From: Stramenopiles sp. TOSAG23-6
Taxonomy: Eukaryota
Reading direction: 5' to 3'
NCBI GenBank assembly: GCA_900128565.1
Contig: LT635932.1
Span: 1-43,188 of the forward strand
Length of the DNA stretch: 43,188 nt
Part shown: one piece after another, positions 34,906-43,188 of the stretch
Numbering within the stretch: the stretch's first letter is position 1
How the letters are laid out: the number at the start of each line of letters is the position of its first letter
Notes under the pieces: model-generated
The model's database searches: none
The model's input: only the letters and a program-made list of their open reading frames with translations
Told to the model about the DNA's origin: nothing
Translations under genes and position numbers: made by a program

Positions 34906-37809
34906 TTATTTCAGAGTTATTTTTGTGTGCACATTCAATTTCTTTGCAAGTTCTTCAGCATCTAAAACTCTGTTTACTTTATTCTTCCAATTTAGTTCTA
35001 ACTTCATTTGCATTTGATCTCTCAAAGAATTGTTTAGTTGATGTTGTAATTCCCTTCGTGTATGTGTTTTGGCCCAAGCAGCTCTTTTTCTCTCCATTAC
35101 TTTGGTATCCAGTCCCGCAATTTGACTTTCTAGATAGTCTCTTCTATTATCTATATCGCCGACTAAATTTATTGCTTCTTCCATCTTTCTATCAGTCTTA
35201 CACATAGTTTTACTGTACAAAGAATTTGCGTTCTTTTCTTCCGCAAACATATTCATCAGTTGTGTTGTTTCTTCATTTTTTGTCATCAGTAGAGATTGAA
35301 GTTTAGTCTTTCCTCTCTTGACGTCGTCTAATTGTTTCTGCAAGTCAAATGAAGTGCTTTGCTCTTGATCTATCATCGACTCAAGTGTGTTTTGTGCGAC
35401 TGCAGCTTCTGTTTCTGACATCTCGAGGCGTTCTTGTAAACGTTTAGCTTGTAATTTTGCAGTGTACGTTTGTTTAGTAAATATTTCTACTGCGTGATTT
35501 TTTTCAATTAATTCATCTTGTAAAAGAGTTATTTTTGATTGTACCATATGTGCATCTGCTATATGAAGTGCTTCTTGTCTTGAATAAGCCTCCTTTAACT
35601 TGAATATTTTTTCCGAATTTACTTCGATCTGCAAGCTTAATTCTTTACCTTTGTGTAAGGTTTGTTTTAATTCTTTCTGTAATAAATTATAATCTGTCTG
35701 TGTATTTTGTGACAATAGCTTCATTTTTTCAATGGTTTCTTTTTTATGTCGGAAGTGACTCTTATGCATTTTGTATTGTTGTTCAACATTGGCTAAGTGA
35801 TTTGCCTCGGTACATTGTACAGTGACCATTTGCTGAATTTGGGTATTGAACTGGTCTTCATTAGCTTTTTCGTCTCGTAGCTCTTGAAGTGTCACCTTTT
35901 GTTCATTTCGTAAAATTTCAAATTGTGTTGATAAATCATCGACTTCTGCTCTTGTTCTTGCTTCCTCATTTTGTAACTTTTCAAGCTGAGATAATTCATC
36001 ATCTACTTGTCTCTTGAGTTTTATAATTTCTTCGCCATTAATAGTAGACATTCCTACAGCAGTTTTTTCATTTGAAACAATTTGAGCTGTAATCCGTTTT
36101 GTACGTTCATTTGCTGTATTGAGATCAGCAGTTATAAATGCATTACGAGATATTTCATCCTTAAGACCGCTTGTGAGTTGCTCATTTTCTAATTCAAGTT
36201 TTGTTATCATATCCCTCATTTCTACCTTCGTTTTCAAAAATTGTTTTCTTTCATCTTCGCATATCTGATTTGCATTATTCAACGATTGCTCCGATAATTG
36301 AACTTGATTCATTTGTTGGTTGACTTTATCAGTGATATTATCAAGACTTTCGTTTAATGATTCATTTTCGTTTGCAATAGATTTGTTTGCTTCATTTAAA
36401 TTGGTAACTACGTCTTCCATTTGATTTTTCAATTGCACTAAATCTGAAGCTACATTATCGAATTGATGGCTGATATCTGCATAATCAATTTCTGCTTCCT
36501 CAGTTTCACAACAAAGGGCACCATATGCACCACGAATATCACTTAGTTCAGCTTGTTTGTCCTCTTTTTGTTTTCCCCACTGTAATATCTTCTCATTGAA
36601 TACATTTCGATCAGCACGGGCTTTCTGTAATCGAATTTGTATGAAACTTTCTTGATTTTTAAGACGTGTCGATTCATTCTTTAATTCTAAAGTATTTTCT
36701 ACAGCTGAACGACACAGTTTTGATAAATCCTTATTCTGAGCGACGATAATTTCAATGCTAGCTTCCATAACATCATTCTCACTTTTAAATGTCTCTTTCT
36801 TTAGAATATATTCTTCCTGCAATTCTGTTTGATTATGAATTTCTTCAACAACGGACGAAATTTTCATATTACTTTGATTCAAACGATTAGCTAAAGTTAA
36901 TGACATCTTTTCCTTTTCCTCTAACTGTGTTTTAAAAATTTGAATTGATGCATCCATTTCTTCTTTTTCAGCTAAATTATTTATCTCTTCTTTTTTCTTT
37001 TCTGCAATTTTTGTGCAAAGAATATTATTATTATTTTCTTGTAGTTTCAAACGATTTTCCATTTCGACCTTCATCTTGTCGAGTAAAGTCCATCGTAATT
37101 CAATATCATCTGCAACAACTTCAAGTTTCATTTGTTTATCTCTTAATTGTGTATTAAGAGACCTAAGCTTTTTTTCTTTAGCCGTGATATTGCGGTCGAT
37201 AGACGAAGCGTCCATTTTGTAATTTTGTAAAGTTTGTAATAATTCGGAGCATTCCTTTTGATTAGTTTCTTGCAACCTTTTCACTTCACTTTTGCTTACC
37301 TCTAATTCATCTATCATCTTTTTATTATCCATTAGAATATCCTGTAAAGTACTTTCCATCGCACGAATATTTGCATTACTTTCAGATAATCTGTTAGATA
37401 CTTTGCGACTTGACTGAAGATCAATTTCAAGTCTCTCTCGCATCTTTTTTAATTGCTTTTCGCTTTGAACAACTTTCATACCTATCTCATAGCATTTGCG
37501 CTCAGATTCAGTATTATCTGTCTTTAATATTTCATAGCTAGATCGTAATTCTTTGCGCAGTTCTAATCGCTGAACTCGAAAAGACTTTTCATTGACTAGA
37601 CTTTGACGTAAAGCCTCGTCTTTGGCTTGAGCTGCGTGTAAATTCCTGAGTAAAACTGTCTCATAACGAGATTTATCAAGAATTCTTGTCTTCAATAAAT
37701 CATGAACCGAACCTGTAATATCTGCGCTTGTATATCGCTGCCCATTTGAGGACAGCGATTCGTTATAAGGTTCATATGCGTTAAATAGATTAGGCACTTC
37801 ACAGGACAT
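34906..37809 (-). CDS. Long coiled-coil protein of unknown function, 967 aa, single exon
   Basis: Uninterrupted ORF rich in E/K/Q/L/N with heptad character, almost proline-free after the N-terminus. No motor or ATPase motif seen. Confidence 0.85.
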   Translation of the reverse strand: MSCEVPNLFNAYEPYNESLSSNGQRYTSADITGSVHDLLKTRILDKSRYETVLLRNLHAAQAKDEALRQSLVNEKSFRVQRLELRKELRSSYEILKTDNTESERKCYEIGMKVVQSEKQLKKMRERLEIDLQSSRKVSNRLSESNANIRAMESTLQDILMDNKKMIDELEVSKSEVKRLQETNQKECSELLQTLQNYKMDASSIDRNITAKEKKLRSLNTQLRDKQMKLEVVADDIELRWTLLDKMKVEMENRLKLQENNNNILCTKIAEKKKEEINNLAEKEEMDASIQIFKTQLEEKEKMSLTLANRLNQSNMKISSVVEEIHNQTELQEEYILKKETFKSENDVMEASIEIIVAQNKDLSKLCRSAVENTLELKNESTRLKNQESFIQIRLQKARADRNVFNEKILQWGKQKEDKQAELSDIRGAYGALCCETEEAEIDYADISHQFDNVASDLVQLKNQMEDVVTNLNEANKSIANENESLNESLDNITDKVNQQMNQVQLSEQSLNNANQICEDERKQFLKTKVEMRDMITKLELENEQLTSGLKDEISRNAFITADLNTANERTKRITAQIVSNEKTAVGMSTINGEEIIKLKRQVDDELSQLEKLQNEEARTRAEVDDLSTQFEILRNEQKVTLQELRDEKANEDQFNTQIQQMVTVQCTEANHLANVEQQYKMHKSHFRHKKETIEKMKLLSQNTQTDYNLLQKELKQTLHKGKELSLQIEVNSEKIFKLKEAYSRQEALHIADAHMVQSKITLLQDELIEKNHAVEIFTKQTYTAKLQAKRLQERLEMSETEAAVAQNTLESMIDQEQSTSFDLQKQLDDVKRGKTKLQSLLMTKNEETTQLMNMFAEEKNANSLYSKTMCKTDRKMEEAINLVGDIDNRRDYLESQIAGLDTKVMERKRAAWAKTHTRRELQHQLNNSLRDQMQMKLELNWKNKVNRVLDAEELAKKLNVHTKITLK

Positions 37810-38180
37810 TTTTTTTCAATATTGCGCACTATATTACGACGTTAATAAGTGCTTCTTCAAGGACGTCGATTATAATTTGTGATTCAGTGTACAACAAAGT
37901 ACTGGTAATGTGATACAATAGGGAAATGTTGAATCTTAAAGAGTTGCTTCTTATTGCAGACAATTATTTCGATGATTTTGAGATCCACTTGAAGGAATTT
38001 CCTTATCCTTTCAACACGACGTAACGGTTAGTAACGTCCCATTGCTAATCTGATTTCGTGTTTTAACAGTTCGTTTGACTGCGACTGGCTTCTTTTCGTA
38101 AGGTGTAGTACCGGTAACTTGTAAGTACTTTGCAAAAATAGACCAGGGTAGTCCTGTAATTACTTTCATTACAAATAGCA

Positions 38181-39065
38181 ATGCATAGCCCTGCCGTCGT
38201 TCCAGATATATCGCATATGTCTTATAGAGATTGGGATAGTGTTTATGAACCAGCGGAGGATACATTTTTATTTTTGGACTCTCTGAAGGAAGAAAGTTCA
38301 TTTTTAAAAACCTTGCAACCTACAATTTGTCTCGAAATTGGTTGTGGAAGTGGTTGTGTTGTGACATATTTGTCACAGTTGTTACGCTCGTTGTTACCAA
38401 ATATGGCACCCCCTCTTCTCTTTGCTACAGATATTAATATTCGCGCTGCACAAGTAGCAACTAGAACTGCACTTAGAAATGGTGTCAGTCTTGACGTGGT
38501 TTGTACTGACCTTACTGAAGCGGTCCACTCACGACTCACTGGAATTGTAGATATCATTGTGTTTAATCCCCCATACGTCCCATCTCCACAATCCGAGGTT
38601 GGATCGCGTGGTATAGAAGCTACATGGGCAGGTGGAATTGATGGTCGTGAAGTAATTGATCGAACTCTTCCTTTAATTAAAGAGTTGCTATCGCCTATTG
38701 GAGTATTTTATCTAGTTGTTGTAATTGAAAATAAACCGAAAGAGCTTGCTGAAGCAGCCGCACGTATTGGACTCAGTTGTCAACGTGTAGCAGCTCGTAA
38801 TGCAAGAATGGAAAAACTTTCTGTGTTGAAATTTACTCATAGTGGACAATATATTGATGCTCATATTGCTAGTCTGGAAATGACGCGTACTGCGAGTGAG
38901 ATTCTTCCAGCGGCACACGATACTCTCTTTACTAGAACAATTTTTGCTGATATTGATGAAAAAGTAGATCAAACAATAGATAGCAAAATGGACCAGACAG
39001 TAGATGATAATGTTAAGCGTAGCGTTGAGAACAAGTTCAGTGGCTGTACTTTTCTATTCGGTTAG
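38181..39065 (+). CDS. N6AMT1: HemK2/N6AMT1 (Mtq2)-type eRF1 glutamine methyltransferase, 294 aa
   Basis: VYEPAEDTFLFLD, LEIGCGSG, NPPY and WAGGIDGREV motifs; ~70-aa C-terminal extension. Confidence 0.92.
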   Translation: MHSPAVVPDISHMSYRDWDSVYEPAEDTFLFLDSLKEESSFLKTLQPTICLEIGCGSGCVVTYLSQLLRSLLPNMAPPLLFATDINIRAAQVATRTALRNGVSLDVVCTDLTEAVHSRLTGIVDIIVFNPPYVPSPQSEVGSRGIEATWAGGIDGREVIDRTLPLIKELLSPIGVFYLVVVIENKPKELAEAAARIGLSCQRVAARNARMEKLSVLKFTHSGQYIDAHIASLEMTRTASEILPAAHDTLFTRTIFADIDEKVDQTIDSKMDQTVDDNVKRSVENKFSGCTFLFG

Positions 39066-39100
39066 TTTTAACCCTAAATTTTCTATTCGGTTAGTTTTAA
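39050..39100 (+). repeat. 22-bp direct repeat spanning the stop codon, 7-bp spacer
   Basis: ttttctattcggttagttttaa at 39050-39071 and 39079-39100; spacer ccctaaa. Confidence 0.9.
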
Positions 39101-39136
39101 TAAATGAAATAAGAATCTATTTAGTTAGTTATAGTT

Positions 39137-40715
39137 TTATACATCAGCATAAATTTTGATTTTTCTTTTTGGTGAAATCACATCAAAGTCAGTATACTCA
39201 AATACTGGTTTAATATTAGGAATATTCGAAAACGAACTTTTACAACAGGGCATTACAACTGCAATACGAGGCATCGGCATTCTTTGCCAGAATTCATGTA
39301 GTGGTGCATGACTATGACAACCAACAACTATACTAAGACAATGTATACGCTGTTTTGGCAAAACAAAGTTTTGACTAAGACCCTTGAACATGAAAAAAGA
39401 ATCTCCATACTTTGAATCTTTAATCGCTTTTAATGAAGGGTGGCTTATTTCTAAAAGTGGATCAATAGAAAACATTGTAAAATCAATCCCCTTATTTTTT
39501 ACGTTTTTTACTTCATTTGTACTATTTGTACTATTTGTACTATTTGTAGTAGTAGTCAATTCATTAAAACCATACATTTCATTTTCATTTGACTTTACAA
39601 CTAAATCATAAGAAACTTGTTTCATGTTAGCTTTCCGACAAAGTAAAGAATTATTTTCTATTGCAAGTCGTATAGCTGCAGCGCATAATGGAAGTTTCCC
39701 ATCACCAAGTACATACACTTTTACATTTGCTAAAGTATCTGCCGGTTTGTGTATTATGTATTGTAAATAAATATGTCAAATTTAAAATTCGTCAGCTACA
39801 GAATTGTTTGGGAAAATAAATAAATTTGAAATTCATAATGAAAACCAACATATACTTCAGGGCTTTTTCTGTAGCAGCAACTATCGACATGACTTCAGTT
39901 ATTTCCTTGTCGTACACTTTTTTACCAATTAAATCAACATTAGTAAGTAAATTCATGAGTGGATTTGAAATTGGATGAAAAGACCGTGATAAACTTAACA
40001 TTCTTGTCATATACACCCCAGTAGGTATAGGACAAGTAGAATGAGTAATACGATTTAGATTTCCTTTCAAATTATTTTGGCTCACTACTCTGCTCTTCTG
40101 TCTATTACTCAAGTGCTCACAACTTTTGACTACTAAGTCTCTATTACCATACTCTACACATAATTGATTTAGCGACATCTTTTGGAACTTCTCAATAGTT
40201 TTAACACTTCGAATATGAGGATCTCTTGCAGATTTCCAAAGAATTTGTTCACCAGTGTCCGAGTTGAAGCCAAGTTCGAAGCCAACCAATAAATTTGTTG
40301 GCGCATACAAAGTGTTAGAATCTGGGATACACACAAAAGAACATTGACCAGATGTTTTTTTCTGTTTGTTACTGCTTTTTTTATGGAGAGGCACAAATTC
40401 AGTTGAAGCAAAATTTGATTGAAATAGACCCTTGCTAGAAGATGTACAACGCTGTTTCTGGAGACTGAGTTGATGAAGACTAGTAATTACAGTCCGAGCA
40501 GACCTAACATCTTTGTATAGAACCCAAATAGATCCCTTTGTTTTTCTACAAGAAAAATCAACTGCTACGTGAGGTACTCCCGTTGTCGATAACAACTCAA
40601 TAACATCATCATTAGAAAATTTACTAGGCATCAAGCCACGGATATATATACAATCACTTTGACCAAGCCTGAAATCTCTACAAATAGGCCATTCGTGCAT
40701 ATGTGCCGGAATCAT
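39137..40715 (-). CDS. RRM-like + putative SAM-dependent methyltransferase-like protein, ~494 aa; exons 40715-39850 and 39755-39137
   Basis: The N-terminal IYIRGL...KGSIWVLY...ARTVITSLH resembles RNP2/RNP1. The C-terminal part has KEITE, VLGDG, SIDP, HSHA, MPCC and YTDFDVISPKR. The two ORF-track ORFs join in frame on removing 39849-39756. Confidence 0.7.
39515..39549 (-). repeat. 9-bp coding microsatellite (TNS)x3-4
   Basis: atttgtact repeated on the + strand. Confidence 0.8.
39756..39849 (-). other. Intron (94 nt), non-canonical GT...AT, family member B
   Basis: Minus strand gttggttttcat...ctgac...acatattt...atacat. Removal gives ALKYIIHKPADTLANVKVYVLGDG. The only internal AG leads to a stop or wrong phase. 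Confidence 0.7.
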
Positions 40716-41098
40716 GATTTGCAATCAAATAAAGGAAGAAAAACTAAAATCTTCAAAGATTTTTCATCTTTAGGAAACACGTGTAAAGCAATTTGGAAAT
40801 TGGAAAGAGAAGCACACGCGAAGGATGAGCCTTAAAAAAAAAGCCGGAAAAACGCAAACAAAAAAAACAAAAAGTCGTTAAGTTTGAAGGAAGACTTCGT
40901 ATTGGAAAATGCAGTCCAAACGAACTGAACTGGTACAAATTTTCATACTAAAAAGAAGAATAAAGTTTTTATGATTCCACTATATATAAATAAGCACATA
41001 TTACAGTATGTGTACTCATGCGCGAAGAATAAATTATTGTCCGATAAGTAATATCATAATTATAACGATAAGCAGATTTTTATTCTGTAAAATAGTAG

Positions 41099-41851
41099 TT
41101 ACTTTTTCAAAACTTGAGATAGAAATGTTTCCTTCAACATAGGAGTACTAAACATTGTATAAGTACCCTCGGTAGAAGCTTTTTGACCAATTTCCGTTGT
41201 TGTTGCAGTGCAATCAGTCAAAGTGATTACATTGAAACCTTTTTCATATGCGGTTCTCATGTATAGCGAAAAATATGTGACTGTTTTTTTTGTTAGGTAC
41301 GGAATTTAGTACAAAAAAAAATTGAAATTTAGTATGAAAACGTACATTGTAGACTCCACACAACAATTAGTGAGAAAGCCTCCAAGAATTACTGTTTCAA
41401 TATCATTCGATATGAGAAGATTTTCAAGATTCGTATTTGTGAAGGCATCTAGTCCTTTTTTGCCCTTTACAACAAGGTCATTTTCATCCGGTTTCATTTT
41501 TTCGTAGAAATCTGCATTCCAGGTATTTTCAGTAAAAAGAGAACCATCTTTGCACCCTGCAAGAATTCCAAGTTTGGAATTGGGATTATCACTTGAGTCA
41601 GCTTTAAACATTATTGGAGCATGTATAACAAGCATTCCACATTCACGAGCTTTCTTCGCAACTTCAACTGAATTTTCAAGCATATTTGTTTTTTGCATAA
41701 CATTTAGAACAGCATCATACATTTTCCCTCCCTTTGAAGTAAACTCATTTTGATACTCAATGAAAACACACGCCGACTTTTGAGGAACAATATCACAGCC
41801 TCCTTTAGCATCGGTGGCATTAAATACACGGTCTGAAATAGTATTTGTCAT
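41099..41851 (-). CDS. Isochorismatase-family cysteine hydrolase, ~221 aa; exons 41851-41346 and 41258-41099
   Basis: IEYQNEF, VIHAPI, KGKKGLDAF and GFLTNCCVEST, continuing after the intron with MRTAYEKGFNVITLTDC. Stop TAA at 41101-41099. Confidence 0.9.
41259..41345 (-). other. Intron (87 nt, contains in-frame stop), non-canonical GT...AT, family member C
   Basis: Minus strand gtacgttttcat...ctaac...acatattt...atacat. Removal restores the family motif CCVESTMRTAYEKG exactly. Confidence 0.8.
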
Positions 41852-42021
41852 TTTATAAAGACCAATTCCTGATTTTCAAAATTTTACAATCAAAACAAGT
41901 TTTTGTTGATCAAGCAATTTGTACATGCCCATGTCACATGTCACACATAAAAAAACAATATTATATGACAGCAGCAGGCCAATGTAAAAAATTGTCAATT
42001 TGAATTTTCAACTAAAAACAT

Positions 42022-42092
42022 TGCACCGACCGGGAATCGAACCCGGGTCTTCCGCGTGGCAGGCGAATATTCTACCACTAGACCACCGGTTT
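42022..42092 (-). tRNA. tRNA-Gly(GCC), with mismatches at acceptor pairs 1:72 and 2:71
   Basis: 71 nt; D arm GTCTAGTGGTAGAA, anticodon loop CTGCCAC, T arm CCGGGTTCGATTCCCGG, 3' TCGGTGCA. A T5 Pol III terminator lies 3 nt downstream. Confidence 0.85.
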
Positions 42093-42536
42093 ACTTCTGC
42101 CGCATCATATGATTTTCATCAAATACAATCTGGTTGATCACTTTTAGTAATGAATACTCCGACTCAAATTGACAAAACAAAAATTTATTTACCTGGAATC
42201 GAAGTAATCTCTCACATAGTTGTCAAAATAAGGGACAAATGAAAATTTTGTAGAAAAAATTATACGGGATGAAAAAAAAATTCGAAATCTAATCGTAAAA
42301 TAAAATAGACCAAGATGTTTTTTATTTAAAAGTGTAATGTAAAAATGATTTTCTCTCCCAGTAGGTGATCCTTTTCTTATCAAAATCTCAAAATTTGACA
42401 AATTCAAAAAATGAAACTACTCCAAATTTGGAAAATGTTGAGTGTCACACCTCCCTTAGTCATCAAGTGTTGTACTACTTTACTGTAAGAATATTTCAGA
42501 TATTTATTTCTTCCATTCTTATTTTTTTTATTAAAT

Positions 42537-43188
42537 TTACGATAGTTTAGCTTGATGAAGTGAAGTTTTGAATAATCCTGAAATATTTCCAATTTTTTCA
42601 ATTAGTTTTACTAGGAGAAGTTTTAAATTTGAATTGCTAACAACAATTGTTCTTGTGTCATTTGAATCATTTGAAAATGCAGTTGAAAGACAAATGGAAA
42701 CAAAAATAGCAAAGAAGACGATGACTAGAGTATTGAATAAAATACTTGAAACTAGGAAAAAGTTGAAGCATCTGTTGTTCCACGTAGATTTTGTGTTGTA
42801 TTTTGGTGTTACTGTTGATGTTTGGGACTCAGTCTGACCAGCTATGTATTTCGTACTTTGTAATGTTGTACAATGAGTACTTTTTGGTTTTGAATCTATT
42901 TTGTAAAATAATTCATCATTTAGAGCAGTTTCTTTTTCTAATGGTTTGAATGCTATTGGATGAGTTCCATCAATTATTGACAAGGTCGAATTCTCTGTAG
43001 CAGTTTCTGTTGAATGTAAAATATTTGGTTCAACCTCTACGTTTGATAATATAGAATCATTGATATTTTCAAGTTTATCAGCAGTAGGAGTTTGTGGTGG
43101 ACATACTTTAGATAATATAGAATCATTGATCAGTTCAAGTTTATCAGCAGCAGGAGTTTGTGGTGGACATACTTTAGATAATATAGAA
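42537..43188 (-). CDS. 5'-incomplete hypothetical protein with 22-aa repeats and a C-terminal hydrophobic (TM) segment
   Basis: The frame of the 42537-42983 ORF stays open to the window end. Hydrophobic stretch FFLVSSILFNTLVIVFFAIFVSICL. Confidence 0.65.
   Translation of the reverse strand, partial: SILSKVCPPQTPAADKLELINDSILSKVCPPQTPTADKLENINDSILSNVEVEPNILHSTETATENSTLSIIDGTHPIAFKPLEKETALNDELFYKIDSKPKSTHCTTLQSTKYIAGQTESQTSTVTPKYNTKSTWNNRCFNFFLVSSILFNTLVIVFFAIFVSICLSTAFSNDSNDTRTIVVSNSNLKLLLVKLIEKIGNISGLFKTSLHQAKLS
43045..43188 (-). repeat. 66-bp coding tandem repeat (>=2.2 copies, runs off window)
   Basis: gataatatagaa recurs at 43045, 43111 and 43177; encodes SILSKVCPPQTPxADKLExIND. Confidence 0.9.

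Noticed and set aside
40933-41019. gtacaaattttcatactaaa...cacatatta resembling the intron family on the + strand
   Set aside because: Donor spacing differs, ATTTCAA and ATACAT are missing, and there is no host ORF on this strand. At most a degenerate relic.
39756-41347. Reading introns B and C as U12-type AT-AC introns
   Set aside because: There is no ATATCCT donor or TCCTTAAC branch, and the same register in intron A would begin with GA.
41760-41771. GTGTGTTTTCAT match to the family donor (minus strand)
   Set aside because: It lies in conserved coding sequence (CVFIEYQNEF) with no downstream family motifs.
42483-42540. Possible 58-nt GT-AG intron extending the last gene to 42404
   Set aside because: The phase works, but the extra peptide has no recognisable support and the donor is weak. 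Left uncalled.
43045-43188. CRISPR-like or mobile-element interpretation of the repeats
   Set aside because: The repeats are contiguous, a multiple of 3 and coding, with no unique spacers. No cas, transposase or RT genes are in the window.

Overview
AT-rich, gene-dense eukaryotic nuclear DNA, probably from a protist. A stramenopile is plausible from gene content but is not proven. Positions 1-29594 encode a giant (>9,800 aa, 5'-incomplete) cysteine-rich surface protein with a multi-pass membrane C-terminus, nearly all of it in one 29.3 kb exon. It is followed by an ankyrin-repeat histone deacetylase, an EngB/YihA GTPase, a coiled-coil protein, a HemK2/N6AMT1 methyltransferase, an RRM + methyltransferase-like protein, an isochorismatase-family hydrolase, tRNA-Gly(GCC) and a partial membrane protein. 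Three signals stand out. (1) Three unrelated genes are each interrupted by an 87-97 nt intron from one sequence family (GTNNGTTTTCAT-N5-ATTTCAA...CTRAY...ACATATTT-N6/7-ATACAT). These restore the conserved protein only when spliced at a non-AG acceptor, most simply GT-AT, which suggests a non-canonical intron or introner class. (2) The 807-nt canonical GT-AG intron of the GTPase hosts four box C/D snoRNAs, three with recognisable rRNA-complementary guides. (3) The tRNA-Gly is otherwise intact but mispaired at acceptor-stem positions 1-2. All calls were made by eye. rRNA sequences and numbering are from memory and need checking.
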